Source: a virus (taxonomy: Duplodnaviria; Caudoviricetes). From it: a stretch of DNA of 24,177 bases. The notes under the pieces were generated by a model, which ran no database searches, was not told the DNA's origin, and saw nothing but the letters and a program-made list of their open reading frames with translations. Of the stretch, positions 23,201 through 24,177 are shown piece after piece (positions within the stretch are counted from its first letter, which is position 1; each line of letters opens with the position of its first letter). The translations under genes and the position numbers were made by a program. Location of the stretch: IMG/VR virus record IMGVR_UViG_3300017912_002765, positions 1-24,177 of that record; one strand, written 5' to 3'.

Positions 23201-24177
23201 TAGATGTTCTGATATTATTGATATTAGACCTCAATTAGCAGATTTTGATCCAACTAGTTTATACTCACCATTTTCCTTTAAAGCTAGAACAAGCAATCCA
23301 GCAACTAATACAAACAATTCGATTCTTTCTCCAAATGAAAATACTTTAATTGGTTATTCATACTATTTACCAAGAATTGATAAATTAGTTTTACATAAAT
23401 CTGGGACATTTAAACTTGTTCAAGGAACTGCAGAATTAGAACCAAAAGAACCCAATTTGATTGAAGATGGTATGCATGTTGCTACCATGTCTTTACCAGC
23501 ATATCTATATGATCCAGATGATATTACTGTTACATTGAAGGATAATAGAAGATACACCATGAGAGACATTGGTGATATTGAAGACAGGGTTAAAAATCTT
23601 GAAGAATTAACATCATTATCACTTTTAGAACTTGATACGAAAACCCTTCAAATTCAGGATGCTGATGGGTTGACAAGATTTAAATCTGGTTTCTTTGTTG
23701 ATGATTTTTCATCTTCAGATATGATTGATAAAGATAATCCAGATGTAAAATCCAGTATATTTAAAGATGAAAAATCATTATCATCAAAAGTCGATTTATT
23801 TACTGTAAAAACGGTTGCTGCACCAAGCACAGGTACTTCATTAAAATCTTTATCATATGATACAGATTATACACTATTTGATGAGAATGTACAAAAGAGT
23901 GGTGAATTTGCTACTTTAGCATATGAGGAAGAAATTTGGACCAATTTAACACAACCACTTGCAACTAGAAGTGAAAATGTCAATCCATTTGCTGTTGTAG
24001 AGCTGGAAGGAAATTTAACTTTAACTCCAAAATCTGATACATGGATTAGGGAAGTTGTTCTTGATAGAGGCAAAACTAGACAGGAATGGGGTGCTCCAAA
24101 AACATATCTTGACAAGGTTCTTGATACCAGCACTGCTGATACACACATGAGATCTAGAAATGTTCAGTTTTATGCAA
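20208..24177 (+). CDS. vrlC: Large virion structural protein, VrlC-like / DUF4815 family (3'-truncated, >1323 aa)
   Basis: MPQKTNLNTNPYYDDF....NFHKVLFKPGFPVQARELTTIQSILQNQIESFG, then NYSAPGADRLKI, YYLPRIDKL, RRYTMRDIG.IE.RV.NLE, RFKSGFFVDDF and HMRSRNVQF in the same frame. It is not in the ORF track because no stop occurs before the window end. Confidence 0.9.
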   Translation, partial: MPQKTNLNTNPYYDDFSQSKNFHKVLFKPGFPVQARELTTIQSILQNQIESFGNHFFKDGSIIIPGSLSYESRFYAVKLNPTYLGNNVSLYLSQLVGKEIRGEESQVKAIVRFYLPAAQSDEDLETLYIGYRGGDTNNEFSPFVEGENLITNESITFGGTSIAAGDSFATTVDIDATAIGSACLINEGIYYVRGNFVRVDSDTLILDQYTSTPSYRIGLTITEEIITAKADDSLYDNAKGFSNYSAPGADRLKIGTTLSKKELTDYDDKNFVEILRVINGETKKIQDKVEYSTILDYLAQRTYEESGDYSITPFEVTPENSLNDEVGSSGVYLQSQTTDDGNDPSDDLLTYKISPGKAYVRGFDLKTQFSLIDAPKPRTTETSELSSIPFEMGNLIKVNNVRGVPRTDLNTNNTIDLYSKRKLSDGTNDGSVIGKARVYSFNTSNVPYVDTSSEWDLYLYDIQTYTSIELNESLTSSECPETSYIEGKNSAAFGYTTADASSATILVSDTSGQFSVGEQIKINGNTEISRTIKSITTYSTSDIKSVNQSAVVDSVNIFGWSNAFTADTVLDRVVPAKFTAADRLMVNGTVATCPGKTFDTIKVGSIIRFQEAGNNVETFNRISAISSDKKTLTLEGVATVANVCDGTTTSEAKEVAFALGVTKVKNEENAFLYAKLAHENVENVDLAKTNLVTYQQVAGKSTDADGVLTVTIVDTGLTSGFFESFDVERYSVSYADGTIIAPLKADQFTFNGDSTEVTISGLLVNKTNVVVNVTVKKAIVRNKVKKYQRSNKLVVSKTNSNAKILENGLTKNTYYGLRVEDKEISLNTIDAVKLLAVYESLDQSESSLDSLTFISSLNLDLAAIPGEKVRGLSSGAIAQVVSGTSADKIDIVYLNQFKFDLGETVVFEESGIQAILQALEDGNYINRTSNYRLDKGHKQQLLDYSRIVRTSGAAPSRKLTIIFDKYQTPSNDTGDIYTVNSYGKERYTTDIPTLVDGTRCSDIIDIRPQLADFDPTSLYSPFSFKARTSNPATNTNNSILSPNENTLIGYSYYLPRIDKLVLHKSGTFKLVQGTAELEPKEPNLIEDGMHVATMSLPAYLYDPDDITVTLKDNRRYTMRDIGDIEDRVKNLEELTSLSLLELDTKTLQIQDADGLTRFKSGFFVDDFSSSDMIDKDNPDVKSSIFKDEKSLSSKVDLFTVKTVAAPSTGTSLKSLSYDTDYTLFDENVQKSGEFATLAYEEEIWTNLTQPLATRSENVNPFAVVELEGNLTLTPKSDTWIREVVLDRGKTRQEWGAPKTYLDKVLDTSTADTHMRSRNVQFYA

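Noticed and set aside
1002-24148. Numerous 60-151 aa minus-strand and alternate-frame ORFs (e.g. 1422-1877, 12910-13245, 15205-15546, 15868-16170, 23867-24148)
   Set aside because: All lie within long conserved plus-strand genes. They are expected shadows of codon bias and show no recognisable motifs or RBS.

Overview
AT-rich, all plus-strand late (virion structural) operon of a T4-like myophage. Gene order, gene sizes and NATAAATA late promoters point to the large marine/freshwater cyanophage-type group (Kyanoviridae-like); the host is inferred, not shown. Order: 3' end of a hypothetical gene (<2-268), a structured leader plus a 59-aa ORF missed by the ORF track (323-502), gp25, gp6, a giant 5240-aa gp7, gp8, and a VrlC/DUF4815-like structural protein running off the window end (20208->24177). 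No tRNA, CRISPR, intron, intein or mobile element was recognised. The most interesting content is inside gp7, which appears to be built by nested domain insertion. It carries a 7-repeat FG-GAP propeller, a split YHYH-like domain, three tandem copies of a fibre-type domain, two nested helical repeats resembling the phycobiliprotein chromophore-cysteine motif, and a reelin-like jelly-roll. A two-hairpin leader occludes the Shine-Dalgarno of the small ORF. All domain calls come from motif recognition by eye, not from database searches.
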